Source: an uncultured delta proteobacterium
GTDB taxonomy: Bacteria > Myxococcota > Myxococcia > SLRQ01
DNA: 64,000 bases
Reading direction: 5' to 3'
NCBI GenBank assembly: GCA_963727485.1
Contig: CAVSGM010000001.1
Coordinates: 192,001-256,000, forward strand
Positions 45,669 to 57,774 of the stretch are shown piece by piece; the stretch's first letter is position 1, and each line of letters begins with the position of its first letter. The position numbers and the translations under genes are program-made. Below the pieces are notes generated by a model, which searched no databases, was not told the origin of the DNA, and saw only the letters and a list, made by a program, of their open reading frames with translations.

Positions 45669-47823
45669 ATGGCAGGACCCGAAGGAACCACGCTACCGCC
45701 GAAGATCGGCGAGCTCGAGTTCACCCTCAACACCGGCCGCTACGCCAAGCAGTCGTCGGGCTCGGTGATGGTGCGCTACGGCGACACCACCGTCCTCGTC
45801 AACGCCAACGCCACCAAGGATCCCAAGGACGTCCCGTTCCTGCCCCTGACGGTGAACTACGAGGAGAAGCTCTCCGGCGGCGGCCGCATCCCCGGCTCGT
45901 TCTTCCGCCGCGAGGGCCGGCCCACCGAGCGGGAGACCCTCCTCGCCCGCATCGTCGACCGCTCCATCCGCCCGCTCTTCGCCGACGGCTGGAACTACGA
46001 GACCCAGGTCATCGTCAGCGTCCTCGCCTTCGACGGAGAGAACGACCCGGACCACCTGGCGCTCACCGGCGCCTCGGCGGCCCTGTGCATGAGCGACATC
46101 CCCTTCGGCGGCCCCATCGCCGGCTGCCGGGTGGGCCGCATCGACGGTGAGCTGGTGGTCAACCCCACCGACGCCCAGCGCGCCAAGGCCGACCTCGACA
46201 TCTTCGTCGCCGCCTCCAAGGACGCCATCGTGATGGTCGAGGGCGGCGCCAACGAGGTCGACGAGGCGACCATGGTCGAGGCCCTCGAGACGGGCAAGGC
46301 CGCGGTCCAGCCCCTCATCGAGCTCCAGGAGAAGCTCATCGCCGAGGTCGGGAAGCCCAAGCGCGAGGCCAAGCCCCTGGTGGTCCCCAGCGAGATCCTC
46401 GCCGCGGTCAAGGAGGTCGCCGACCCCAAGCTCGCCGGCGCCTTCGCGGTCAACGAGAAGCACGCCCGCTACGCCGCCCTCGACGTGGTCAAGGACGAGG
46501 TCCTCGCCCACTTCGCCGAGCAGCTCGGCGAGGAGGAGTGGGCCACCGCCCGCCCGCTCTACAAGGCGGCGTTCAACGAGACCAAGCACCACCACATGCG
46601 CCACCAGAATCCTCACCACCAAGAAGCGGATCGGCGGCCGCAGCCCCACCGAGATCCGCCAGATCTGGGCCGAGGTGGGGACCCTCCCGCGGGTCCACGG
46701 CTCCGCCTGCTTCACCCGCGGCGAGACCCAGTCGATCAGCACCTGCACGCTGGGCACCAGCCAGGACGAGCAGCGGATCGAGGGGCTCTCGGGCATGCAC
46801 TTCGAGAAGTTCATGCTCCACTACAACTTCCCCCCCTACTCGGTGGGCGAGGTGAAGCGCATGGGCTCCACCAGCCGCCGCGAGATCGGGCACGGGACGC
46901 TGGCCAAGCGCGCCCTGTCCAGCCTGCTGCCCACCGAGGCCGACGGCTTCCCCTACACCATCCGGGTGGTCAGCGACATCACCGAGTCCAACGGCTCCTC
47001 GTCCATGGCCACCGTGTGTGCCGGGACCCTGGCGCTGATGGACTGCGGGGTGCCCATCAAGGCCCCGGCGGCCGGCATCGCCATGGGCCTGATCATGGAG
47101 GGCGACGACTACGTGGTCCTCTCGGACATCCTCGGTGACGAGGACCACCTCGGCGACATGGACTTCAAGGTCTGCGGCACCGAGAAGGGCATCACCGCCA
47201 TCCAGATGGACATCAAGTGCCCGGGTCTCACCAAGGAGATCATGGCCGAGGCGCTCCACCAGGCCCACGAGGGTCGGCTCCACATCCTCGGCGAGATGCT
47301 CAAGGTCCTGCCCGAGCCCCGCACCGAGATCAGCCGGTGGGCGCCGCGCATCGTCTCGGTCAAGATCAAGCCCGAGCGCATCAAGGACATCATCGGCCCC
47401 GGGGGCAAGGTCATCCGGGACATCACCAAGCGGACCAACACCGTCATCAACATCGACGACGACGGCACGGTCTCCATCGCCTCGGCCAACGCCGACGACG
47501 TGGACGCCGCCATCAAGATCGTCCGCGAGCTCACCCAGGAGCCCGAGGTCGGCAAGGTCTACCTCGGGACCGTCCGCCGGATCATGGACTTCGGCGCCTT
47601 CGTCGAGATCCTCCCGGGGACCGACGGCCTGGTGCACATCTCCGAGCTCGCCGACAAGCGGGTGGAGCAGGTCACCGACGTCCTCCAGGAGGGCGACGAG
47701 GTCCTGGTGAAGGTCCTCAACATCGACCGCTCCGGCAGAATCCGCCTCTCGCGCAAGGCCGCCCTCGCCGAGGGCAGCGGCGAGGCTCCCGAGGACGCCG
47801 GCGAGGTGAAGTCGGCGAGCTGA
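45669..47823 (+). CDS. pnp: Polyribonucleotide nucleotidyltransferase (+1 frameshift at ~46609)
   Basis: [29 protein letters not shown] and GDMDFKV motifs; KH and S1 domains; follows rpsO. Confidence 0.96.
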
Positions 47824-47872
47824 CGTCCGACGTGCGCGGGGGGCCATCACCGGCCCGCCCGCCGCCCGTGAG

Positions 47873-47909
47873 GAACCGGCCCCTGGGGAGCATCCCTGGG
47901 GGCCGTTTC
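47873..47909 (+). terminator. Possible terminator hairpin after pnp
   Basis: GAACCGGCCCCTGGGGA/TCCCTGGGGGCCGTTTC imperfect stem. Confidence 0.4.
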
Positions 47910-47959
47910 TGCATCCGGGACCGTTTCCCTGACGGCCCCGAGGGGCTACACTCAACAGG

Positions 47960-49100
47960 ATGCGGGGGAAGCTGAACGGGGAGCAGGCGCCCGTCGTGGG
48001 CGGTCACGGTGAGGCCGCCCTCGGCGCGTTGATGCAGACGCTGCCGGGCTTCGTCTTCCGGTGCCGGCCGGCGCGGACCGCCTGGGACGTCGACTACGTC
48101 AGCGACGGCATCCGCGCCCTCACCGGCTTCGGCCCCGAGGCCTTCCGACCCGGCGGGAACATGACCTTCACCCGGGTCATCGACCCGGGGGACCTCGCCC
48201 GGGTCACCAACGAGAATCCGCGGGGCCCTCGCCGCCCGGCGCACCTACCAGCTCACCTACGCCATGGTCGACGCCGAGGGGCGCCGGCGCCAGGTGTGGG
48301 AGCTCGGCCGCGGGGTGTGGAACGAGGCCGGCGACCTCGAGGCCGTCGACGGCTACGTCGCCGAGCTCGGCGCCGACGACGCCGAGCGGCCCAAGGTCCT
48401 CGACCTCGAGCAGATGGTCGAAGGGCTCGACGCCCTCCTCGGCCGCTTCTACGGCGCCGAGGTGGCCCTGGAGCTGGTCGCCTCCGGGGACGGGGGCCGG
48501 ACCTGGGTCGACGCCAGCGGCGCCGAGCGGGTGGTCCTCAAGGTGGTGGCGTCTGGCTCCGACGTGGTCCCCCGCCGGGACCGGGTGCGGCTCTCGGTGT
48601 CCCGGGACAAGGGCTCCGAGCTCGCCCGGCGCACCGGCCTGGGCCTGGCCTCGGTGGACGTGGCCTTCGGCGAGGACGGCCCGGCGGGCACCTCCGAGGA
48701 TCCCGGCGACGTGCCCCTCGCCCCCGACCACCGGCGCGAGGTGATCCTCCTCGTCGAGGACGACGCCCGGCTCCGGCGGATCCTCCAGGAGCTCCTCGAG
48801 GGCGAGGGCTACCAGGTGCTCCCGGCCGCCGGCGCCACCGAGGCCCTGGCCGTGGCCCGGCGCGCCCCACGCATCGATCTGCTCATCACCGACGTGGTGA
48901 TGCCCGAGGTCAGCGGCCCCGAGCTCGCCGAGCGCCTCGACACCCTGCGCCCCGGGCTCCCGGTGCTCTACGTCTCCGGCTACACCGGCAAGGCCTTCAG
49001 CGCCACCACCCTGCTCCCGCCCACGGTGGCCTTCCTGCCCAAGCCGGTGGTCCCCGGGCGCCTCTTCGAGAAGGTGCGCCAGATCCTCGGCCGAGGCTAG
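47960..49100 (+). CDS. PAS domain, degenerate kinase remnant and receiver protein (+1 frameshift at ~48216)
   Basis: LPGFVFRC...YVSDGIRALTG PAS; ILLVEDD, LITDVVMP and FLPKP receiver motifs. Confidence 0.75.
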
Positions 49101-50638
49101 GAGAGCTTCTGCGCCCGCATCTGCCGGGCGATGCGCAGGGCCAGGGTCATGATGGTCAGCTGGGGGTTCACGCCGAGGCTGGTGGGCACCACGCTCCCGT
49201 CGGCGACCCACAGCTCCTGAAGGTCCCAGGCCCGGCCCCGGTCGTCGATCACCGACCGGTCCTCGCTCACCCCCATCCGGCACGAGCCCAGGGGGTGCTG
49301 GGAGCCGCACTCGAGCTGCCGGCCCTTGTAGCGGGCGAGGTCGAGGCCGCGGAAGCGATCGGCGTTCACGGCCCCCAGGCCCAGGACCGGCAGATAGATC
49401 TCCTTGGCCCCGGCGGCGAAGAAGATCTCGCCCATCACCTGCATCAGCCGTGGCACCGCCGCCCGGTCGCGCTTCGACATCCGGTAGGTGACGAAGGGCT
49501 CACGGCCGAGCCCCCGGCGGACCGTGCCCCCGCCGTCGTCGTGGATCATCCCCCCGAAGACCGCCAGGTGGGGGATGGCCGCGGCGGCGTCGGCGTGACG
49601 GTCGCCGATGCCGGGGAGGGTCGCCGCCAGGACCCCGGGCGGGGTGAACAGGCCCATCATGGTGATGCGCTCGTCCTCGAGGCTGTCGGAGTAGGCGCTC
49701 TGGAGGGCGCCCTTCCATCCCTCGACCGCCTCGTCGAAGCGGGCCATGACCCGGAACGCCGGGTGGACGGTGAGGTTCCTGCCCACCTGCCCCGAGCGCC
49801 TGCCCACGCCGCTGGCCCGGAGGATGAGGGGGGTGTGGAACGCGCCGGCGGAGAGGACGACCCGGCGGGCCTTCACCGTCAGCCGGCCGCCCGGGCCGCC
49901 GTCCCGGCCGTTGAGCACGCGGCCGGTGACCCCGGTGGCCCGCCCGCCGTCGTGGGTCACCCGCTCCACCAGGCAGTCCGAGTGGATCCGGGCGCCGGCG
50001 GCCACCGCCCGGGGCAGGTAGACCCGGTCCACCGAGAGCTTGGCCCCGTGGGGGCAGCCGAAGTTGCACCGGCCGCAGCCCCGGCACCCCTCGGTGTTCC
50101 GGCGCAGGGGCTTGATGCCGTAGCCGAGCTTCTCGGCGCCCTCCACGAAGAGGGTGGTGGACCGCGAGCGCATCCGCACGGGCACCTCCTCCACGTGGAT
50201 CGCCTGCTCCACCTCCTCGAAGAAGGGCTCGAGGTCGGCGGCGGTGAACCCCTCGAGGCCGTGGAGGCGGCGCCAGTCGTCGAGGACCGCCTCGGGGGTG
50301 CGGAAGCACACCCCGCCGGTGAGCACCGAGGAGCCCCCGACGCACCGGCCCATCATCATGTTGATCATCGGGGTGTCCCCGACGCCCACCGCGAAGCTCA
50401 TCCCCCCGTCACGCCACATCTGGCGCATCATCTCGCTGGGTCGCATCGCCCCGTAGTCGGCGGGGGCGACCTTCGGGCCCTCCTCGAGGATGATCACCTC
50501 GAGGCCCGCGTCGGCGAGCTCGGCGGCGACCACCGCGCCCCCGGCCCCGGAGCCCACCACCACCGCGTCGCAGGTGAGGGTGAGGTCGCCTTGGTGCGCC
50601 CGGCCGGCGGTCACGGCGGTGCCGTCGGGGAGGCTCAC
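49097..50638 (-). CDS. GMC-family FAD oxidoreductase
   Basis: VVGSGAGG, GRCVGGSSV, CNFGCP, HPLGSCRMG and GVNPQLTI motifs. Confidence 0.92.
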   Translation of the reverse strand: MSLPDGTAVTAGRAHQGDLTLTCDAVVVGSGAGGAVVAAELADAGLEVIILEEGPKVAPADYGAMRPSEMMRQMWRDGGMSFAVGVGDTPMINMMMGRCVGGSSVLTGGVCFRTPEAVLDDWRRLHGLEGFTAADLEPFFEEVEQAIHVEEVPVRMRSRSTTLFVEGAEKLGYGIKPLRRNTEGCRGCGRCNFGCPHGAKLSVDRVYLPRAVAAGARIHSDCLVERVTHDGGRATGVTGRVLNGRDGGPGGRLTVKARRVVLSAGAFHTPLILRASGVGRRSGQVGRNLTVHPAFRVMARFDEAVEGWKGALQSAYSDSLEDERITMMGLFTPPGVLAATLPGIGDRHADAAAAIPHLAVFGGMIHDDGGGTVRRGLGREPFVTYRMSKRDRAAVPRLMQVMGEIFFAAGAKEIYLPVLGLGAVNADRFRGLDLARYKGRQLECGSQHPLGSCRMGVSEDRSVIDDRGRAWDLQELWVADGSVVPTSLGVNPQLTIMTLALRIARQMRAQKLS

Positions 50639-51033
50639 GGCGCCTCCAGGCAGGTCTGGTGGAAGCCCACCGCCGCGGCGCTGTCCGGGTGCTCGTACCA
50701 GACGATGCAGAGCATGGCCTTGAGGGCGAGGATCGGCGCCGAGAGGACGCTGTCCTCGAGGCGCCCCAGGGCGCGGATCCGGGTGGCGAGCGCCAGGCGG
50801 TGGAAGGGCCAGGGCCGCCACACCATCAGGGGGGCCAGGACCGAGACCGCGAAGATCATCAGCCGGCTCACCCCCCGGGCCCGGGCGCCGGAGCGGGTGA
50901 AGAGGTCGTCGAGGTCGTCGAGGAGCCAGTCGAGGCGCGCCGGGGGCGGGGCGCCGGCGGGGCCGGAGAAGACCGCCTCGGCGATGGCGCGGAGGGCGCG
51001 GCGACGCCTGGGGGGGAGGGCGGTGCGGGCCAT
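50635..51033 (-). CDS. Small partner of the GMC oxidoreductase (gluconate 2-dehydrogenase subunit 3-like)
   Basis: LRAIAEAV...[13 protein letters not shown]; overlaps the GMC start (GTGA). Confidence 0.6.
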   Translation of the reverse strand: MARTALPPRRRRALRAIAEAVFSGPAGAPPPARLDWLLDDLDDLFTRSGARARGVSRLMIFAVSVLAPLMVWRPWPFHRLALATRIRALGRLEDSVLSAPILALKAMLCIVWYEHPDSAAAVGFHQTCLEAP

Positions 51034-51161
51034 CCCCCCGAGGATGCCCCCGGCCGGCGCGCGGGGACAAGGGCCGGCGCGGGGAAAGCGTCGTCGTTCG
51101 GATCGCCTTACGACGCCCCCCGTGGGGTCCCGGGGCGGCGCGGGTGTGGTACACGCCCAGG

Positions 51162-51614
51162 ATGCCGGAGCCGCTGCGGATCATGCGGGTGGGCGATCGG
51201 GAGGGCACGGAGCTCCCCCTGCCCCGGTACCACACCGCCGGCAGCGCCGGGCTCGACCTCCACGCCGACCTCGAGGCACCCGTAATCCTGGCCCCAGGGG
51301 CCCGGGCCCGGGTGCCCACGGGGCTCGCCGTGGCCATTCCCCCGGGCCACGAGGGCCAGGTCCGCCCCCGCAGCGGGCTGGCCCACCGCCACGGGGTCAC
51401 GGTGCTCAACGCCCCGGGCACCATCGACAGCGACTACCGGGGCGAGCTCCAGGTGCTCCTGGTGAACCTCGGCGAGGCGCCGGTCACCCTGAACCGGGGC
51501 GACCGGGTGGCCCAGCTGGTGGTGGCGCCGGTGGTCCAGGTGGCGATCACCGAGGTGGAGACCCTGGAGGAAACCCCGCGGGGTGATGGAGGCTTCGGGC
51601 ACACCGGGCGCTGA
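51162..51614 (+). CDS. dut: dUTP diphosphatase
   Basis: [23 protein letters not shown] and [10 protein letters not shown] motifs. Confidence 0.97.
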   Translation: MPEPLRIMRVGDREGTELPLPRYHTAGSAGLDLHADLEAPVILAPGARARVPTGLAVAIPPGHEGQVRPRSGLAHRHGVTVLNAPGTIDSDYRGELQVLLVNLGEAPVTLNRGDRVAQLVVAPVVQVAITEVETLEETPRGDGGFGHTGR

Positions 51615-51713
51615 GGCCGGGCCGGGGACCGGGGGGACACGCGTTGTCGCTGAACGGAGTTTGCTGCTAGCCTTCTCACCTTTACGGGCCTGGATCCCCG
51701 GGAGCCGACCGCC

Positions 51714-54494
51714 TTGCTGTGCTACCGCTGCGGCAGCCACGTGCCGGACGGGTCCGCCAAGTGCGCGACCTGCGGCCAGACGTTTGCCGCCGGATCCCGC
51801 CGCGGCTCGGGCCCGCCCCAGCCGCCACGACGCAACCAGGCCGTGGACGTCCCCGGTGCCTTCGAGGTCGGGGACCGCCTCGGCGACCGCTACGAGATCC
51901 GCTCGGTCATCGGCCAGGGGCCCGTGGGCGTGGTCTACGGGGCCCTCGACCGGGAGGTCGAGGTGGAGGTCGCGGTCAAGCTGGTCACCCCCAAGCTCCT
52001 CCAGACCGACGACGAGCGCGCCGCCTTCCGCCGGGAGGGCCGGGTGGCCCGGGGGCTCTCGCACCCGAACATCGTGCGCCTCTACGAGGAGGGCCTCGAC
52101 GGGGAGCGTCCCTACCTGGTGATGCAGCACCTCGAGGGGCTGACCCTCCGCAAGATCATCGACCTGCGGACGGCCAAGGGGCAGCGGTTCAGCCTCCGGG
52201 AGGTCGAGCCCATCCTCTCCCAGCTCACCGCCGCCCTCGAGTACGCCCACGGGCAGACCATCGAGGACGTGCGGGGGGTGGCCCACGGGAACCTCAAGCC
52301 CGAGAACGTCATCGTCCTCCCGGACCTCCTCAAGGTCACCGACTTCCGGGAGGCGTGCTTCGTGCCCCGGGTGCCCTTCGTGGCCGCCCAGAAGGTCCGC
52401 GGGGGCTCGGAGCGCTACCTCGCCCCGGAGGTGGTCGCCGGCCAGGCCATCACCCCCGCCGCCGACCTCTACTCCCTCGGGGTGCTCCTCGGGGAGATGC
52501 TCTCCGGCGAGGTCTACGACCCCAGCCGGGGCCTCGATCTCCACGTGGTGGCCACCGGGCTCCCCCGGGCGGTGGACTCGATCTTCAAGCGCCTCACCGC
52601 CCCGCGCCCCGAGGACCGCTACGCCCGCGCCGGGCAGATCACCGACGACATCGCGGCGGTCCTCGCCGGGGCGCTCCCGGCCACCGCCGGGCGCACGGCC
52701 GCCCCGCCGCCGATGCCGAGGACGACGCCGATGCAGAGGACGGCGCCGTCCCTCGACGACGCCGAGGACGTGATGCTCCACACCGGCGAGTTCGAGCTGG
52801 TGGACGACGAGGACGGCCCCGCCGAGGCCCCGGCGCGGCCCGCGGGCAGGGTGAGCTTCGGCCTGGACGCGTCGCCGCCGCCTCCCTCGGAGGAGCGGGT
52901 GGTGAGCCGGGACCTCGAGGTCCTCGACGAGGAGATCCTCGACGACGCGCTCCTCGACGAGTCGGCGCTCGCCGAGGAGATCGACTACGACGACGTCCCC
53001 ACCCAGATGGGCGACGCCCTCCCGCCGCCGCCGGTCGGCCCCGGGGCGCCCGCCCAGGCCCTCGACGACGACGCGCCCTTCGAGGACGGCGCCGAGGACG
53101 CCATCGCCCTCGACGACGCCGACGTCCTCGAGGCCGAGGCCGAGGGCGACGACGAGGCCTACGACGACGAGGCGACCATCGCCCCCAGGCGCCTCGACGC
53201 GGCGGCCTTCGAGGCGGCGCTGGCCGCCGAGCCCGACGTCCACGTCCCCGACGACGGGCCCACGTCCATCGACGGCGACCGCTACGACGTGGGGCGGATG
53301 CCCGGCCCCGGCGCCGGGGCGACGGCCGCGGCCCCCGAGAACACCGCCACCGACACCCCGATGTTCACCTCCCTGGCGGCGCGGCGCAGCGGGCCGAGCT
53401 GGAGGCCCTACGCCCTCCTGGTCCTCGCGGGCCTGGTGGGGGGCGCCCTGGGGCTGGCCTTCACCAGCCCGGGGAAGGCCCTCGTCGCCCGGCTCACCGC
53501 CTCCAAGCCCGGCGCGGCCCAGGCCCAGGCGGCCACCGGCCCCTCGCCGACCGCGGTGATGGATCCGCACCAGGCCGGCGGGACCCCCGATCAGGCGGCG
53601 ACCCACACCCCATCGGCCGCCCACACCCCGCCGCCGACCCACCCCCCCAAGAAGGTCCACCCCCCGAAGCAGGTGCACGCGCCCGACGTGGCGCCGCCGC
53701 CCCCGGACGAGGTGACCCACCTGGTGGAGAGCCACCCCAGGCCGACCCACGCCAAGCGCACCCACGCCAAGAAGACCCACGTCGCCGCCGCCGACCACCA
53801 CCCGCCACCCCACGTCGATCGCCCGCCGCCCGACCACGGTGACCACGGCGGCGGCACCGGCGACCACCCCGGCACCGAGGTGGCGTCGGTGACCCCGACC
53901 CCGGCGACCGGCGGCCGCTGCCCCAAGGGCATGGTCTACATCCCCGCCGGGTCCTTCGGCATCGGCAGCGCCATCAACGACCCCATGCGCAACTTCGCCG
54001 AGAAGACCCTCCACAAGGTCTCGACGAAGGCCTACTGCATCGACCGCTACGAGTACGGCGGTCACGGCCACCGGCCCCTGACCAGCGTGAGCTGGTACCG
54101 GGCCAACACCCTCTGCGAGCGCCAGGGCAAGCACCTGTGCTCCGAGGCGCAGTGGGAGAAGGCCTGCAAGGGGCCCCGCGACGACCGCTTCCCCTACGGC
54201 AACGTGTTCCGGCCCAACGCGTGCAACACCGAGGACGCCCAGGGCAACGACCGCCACGTCGAGCCGGGGGGCAGCTTCCCCAAGTGCCGCTCCGGCTACG
54301 GCGTCCTCGACATGTCGGGGAACGTGAGCGAGTGGACCGCCTCCAAGTTCCAGGCGAACCTCACCGACCGGACCCAGAAGGGCGGGGCGGCCAACCGGCC
54401 CGACTGGGACACCCGCTGCGCCTCCCGGGGCAACCGCTCGCCCAACGCCAAGAGCCCGTTCCTCGGGTTCCGGTGCTGCGCCCACCCCAAGTAG
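51714..54494 (+). CDS. Zinc ribbon, Ser/Thr pseudokinase, TM and FGE/SUMF1-like domain protein
   Basis: CYRC/CATC ribbon; VAVK; HGNLKPEN; DFR; acidic linker; TM helix; YCIDRYEY, DMSGNVSEW and GFRCC motifs. Confidence 0.85.
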   Translation: MLCYRCGSHVPDGSAKCATCGQTFAAGSRRGSGPPQPPRRNQAVDVPGAFEVGDRLGDRYEIRSVIGQGPVGVVYGALDREVEVEVAVKLVTPKLLQTDDERAAFRREGRVARGLSHPNIVRLYEEGLDGERPYLVMQHLEGLTLRKIIDLRTAKGQRFSLREVEPILSQLTAALEYAHGQTIEDVRGVAHGNLKPENVIVLPDLLKVTDFREACFVPRVPFVAAQKVRGGSERYLAPEVVAGQAITPAADLYSLGVLLGEMLSGEVYDPSRGLDLHVVATGLPRAVDSIFKRLTAPRPEDRYARAGQITDDIAAVLAGALPATAGRTAAPPPMPRTTPMQRTAPSLDDAEDVMLHTGEFELVDDEDGPAEAPARPAGRVSFGLDASPPPPSEERVVSRDLEVLDEEILDDALLDESALAEEIDYDDVPTQMGDALPPPPVGPGAPAQALDDDAPFEDGAEDAIALDDADVLEAEAEGDDEAYDDEATIAPRRLDAAAFEAALAAEPDVHVPDDGPTSIDGDRYDVGRMPGPGAGATAAAPENTATDTPMFTSLAARRSGPSWRPYALLVLAGLVGGALGLAFTSPGKALVARLTASKPGAAQAQAATGPSPTAVMDPHQAGGTPDQAATHTPSAAHTPPPTHPPKKVHPPKQVHAPDVAPPPPDEVTHLVESHPRPTHAKRTHAKKTHVAAADHHPPPHVDRPPPDHGDHGGGTGDHPGTEVASVTPTPATGGRCPKGMVYIPAGSFGIGSAINDPMRNFAEKTLHKVSTKAYCIDRYEYGGHGHRPLTSVSWYRANTLCERQGKHLCSEAQWEKACKGPRDDRFPYGNVFRPNACNTEDAQGNDRHVEPGGSFPKCRSGYGVLDMSGNVSEWTASKFQANLTDRTQKGGAANRPDWDTRCASRGNRSPNAKSPFLGFRCCAHPK

Positions 54495-54530
54495 GGGAGG
54501 GGTGCCTGCGCGTGTGGGGCGTCGGCGACG

Positions 54531-55511
54531 TCAGCCGCGTCTGGATGCTCGGCGCCGGCGCAGGAACACCAGGCCGAGGATCGTGAGCACCGAGAGGAGT
54601 CCGGGCATCCCGCCCCGGCCGGGCATGGTGGCGCAGGTCACGTCCGGGACCGACACCCTGGTCCTTGCCGTCGAGGGTCCAGGTCGATGCCGAGCCGCAG
54701 AAGTCCCGGCGCGCGGTGCCCAGCTGGTAGTGGACGACCGCCACGTGGCCGCCGGCGGTCAGGGTCGTGGTGCCGGACGCCCCCACGTTGAGCAGCCCGT
54801 CATCTCGTCGATGACCTCGGCGTCGGTTCTGGCCGAGACCTTTCCGTCGGTGGGGCTGCCGAAGGTGCCGCTGCCGGTGAAGGCCACCCTGCCGTCCCTG
54901 ACGGCCGTCACGCTGCCCTTGTACTCGGCGGCCGTGGCCAAGGGCGCGGGGGGGCAGCTGCTCGGCCTCCCCGTCCCGTCGGTCACGAGGTCGACGGTGA
55001 ACCGCGCCTTGGAGTCCCCGTCGGCGGAGAACGGGGCGCTGCCGGTGGTCTTCGGGGTGTAGAGCTCCAGCGGTGACGAAGCAACGAAGCACGGGCTCTC
55101 GGTGGATCTCGCCGAACCCGTCGAAGGTGACGGTGCCGAACAGGATGCTCGTGGCAGTGGTGGGCCCGGCCCGGCCTTGTCGACGACGAGGCTGCCGCCG
55201 CTACGGACGAAGGTCATGCGCCCGAGCCACGTGGAGTTGGCGAGGCCGGTGCAGCCGTCTCCCGCGACCACCAGGGTCCTGCCGTCGTCGGTGACCTTGG
55301 GACAGTCCGAAGTCGCGGGCCCGCGGCCGAACACGTAGACCGGACGGTATGCCGCGGCGAACATCTCTGCCGCGCTGCCCTGCGCGAAGCGCGTCACCTC
55401 CTTGGCGGTGGTGACGTCGCCGTCCTTGTAGGAGTGGACCACGCTCCCGGGCCCGCCGCAGCCGGCGAGGGCGAGCCCGAGGACGGCGAGGCAGGTGATC
55501 GGACGCCTCAT
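54531..55511 (-). CDS. Hypothetical lipoprotein with MYXO-CTERM-like tail (about four compensating frameshifts)
   Basis: Lipobox LAG-C; joining frames at ~55165, ~55103, ~54782 and ~54652 gives C-terminus CATMPGRGGMPGLLSVLTILGLVFLRRRR. Confidence 0.5.
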
Positions 55512-55612
55512 GGGAACCCCTCCGGGCTCCGCGGAGCCGGTACCTGGTGTAGCACCCGGGTCCCGGCGCGGGCAGGCACCGTCGGATCCCCGTGCTAGGC
55601 TTCCGCCCCGCG

Positions 55613-56420
55613 ATGGCGATCGACTACTGCGTCCTGGCGTCGGGCTCCAAGGGCAACGCCCTCTGGGTCCGCGGCGGCGGGGTGCAGGTCCTGGTCGACT
55701 GCGGCATCTCCTCCAGGCGCCTGGAGCGGCGCCTCGCCGAGGTCGGCGGCGATCTCCGGGACATCCAGGCGGTTGTCTGCACCCACGGCCACGGCGACCA
55801 CGTGGGCGGGGTCTGCGTGCTGGCCAGGCGCCACGGGGCGCGCATCTACGCCACCGAGGGCACCCGGGGCTTCATCCGGGGCAAGCCGCCCAAGCGAGGC
55901 GCTGATGGCCCTGCCCACCCAGGGGCAGGTGGCCATCGGCGGCCTCAAGGTGAACACCGTCCCCACCATGCACGACGCCCCCCAGTCGGTGGCCCTGGTG
56001 CTCCGCGACGACGAGACGGCCGTGGGCGTGGTCACCGACCTGGGGGTGGTCACCGAGGCGGTGGTCCGGGCGTTCTCGGGCCTCGACGGCCTGGTCCTCG
56101 AGACCGACCACGACGCCGAGATGCTCCTCTACGGCCCCTACCCGGCGCACCTCAAGCAGCGCATCGGCGGGGAGCGGGGGCACCTGTCCAACGCCCAGGG
56201 GGCGGCGCTGCTCCGGCGGGTGGTGCACGGGGGGCTCCAGCACCTCACCTGCGCCCACCTCTCCGAGCAGAACAACACCCCCGAGCGGGCCCGGCAGGCG
56301 GTGGAGGCGGTCCTCGCCGAGGCCGGCCACGCCCCGGGCCTCGCCGTCGCCGAGCAGGATCGGCCGGGCACCCCGGTGCGCCTCGGCGCCAAGAAGCAGC
56401 TGGGCCTGCCCCTCTGGTGA
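55613..56420 (+). CDS. MBL-fold metallo-hydrolase, YycJ/WalJ-like (+1 frameshift at ~55893)
   Basis: LASGSKGN, THGHGDH, GHLSN and AHLSEQNN motifs. Confidence 0.88.
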
Positions 56421-56466
56421 GGTGCGCCATCCGTGGTAGGAAGGGCCTCCTCTGGAGGACGCCTTC

Positions 56467-57770
<1,304 letters not shown>

Positions 57771-57774
<4 letters not shown>

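Noticed and set aside
33444..54494. Diversity-generating retroelement targeting the FGE-like (CLec-fold) domains
   Set aside because: No reverse transcriptase and no adenine-variant template repeat were seen in the window.
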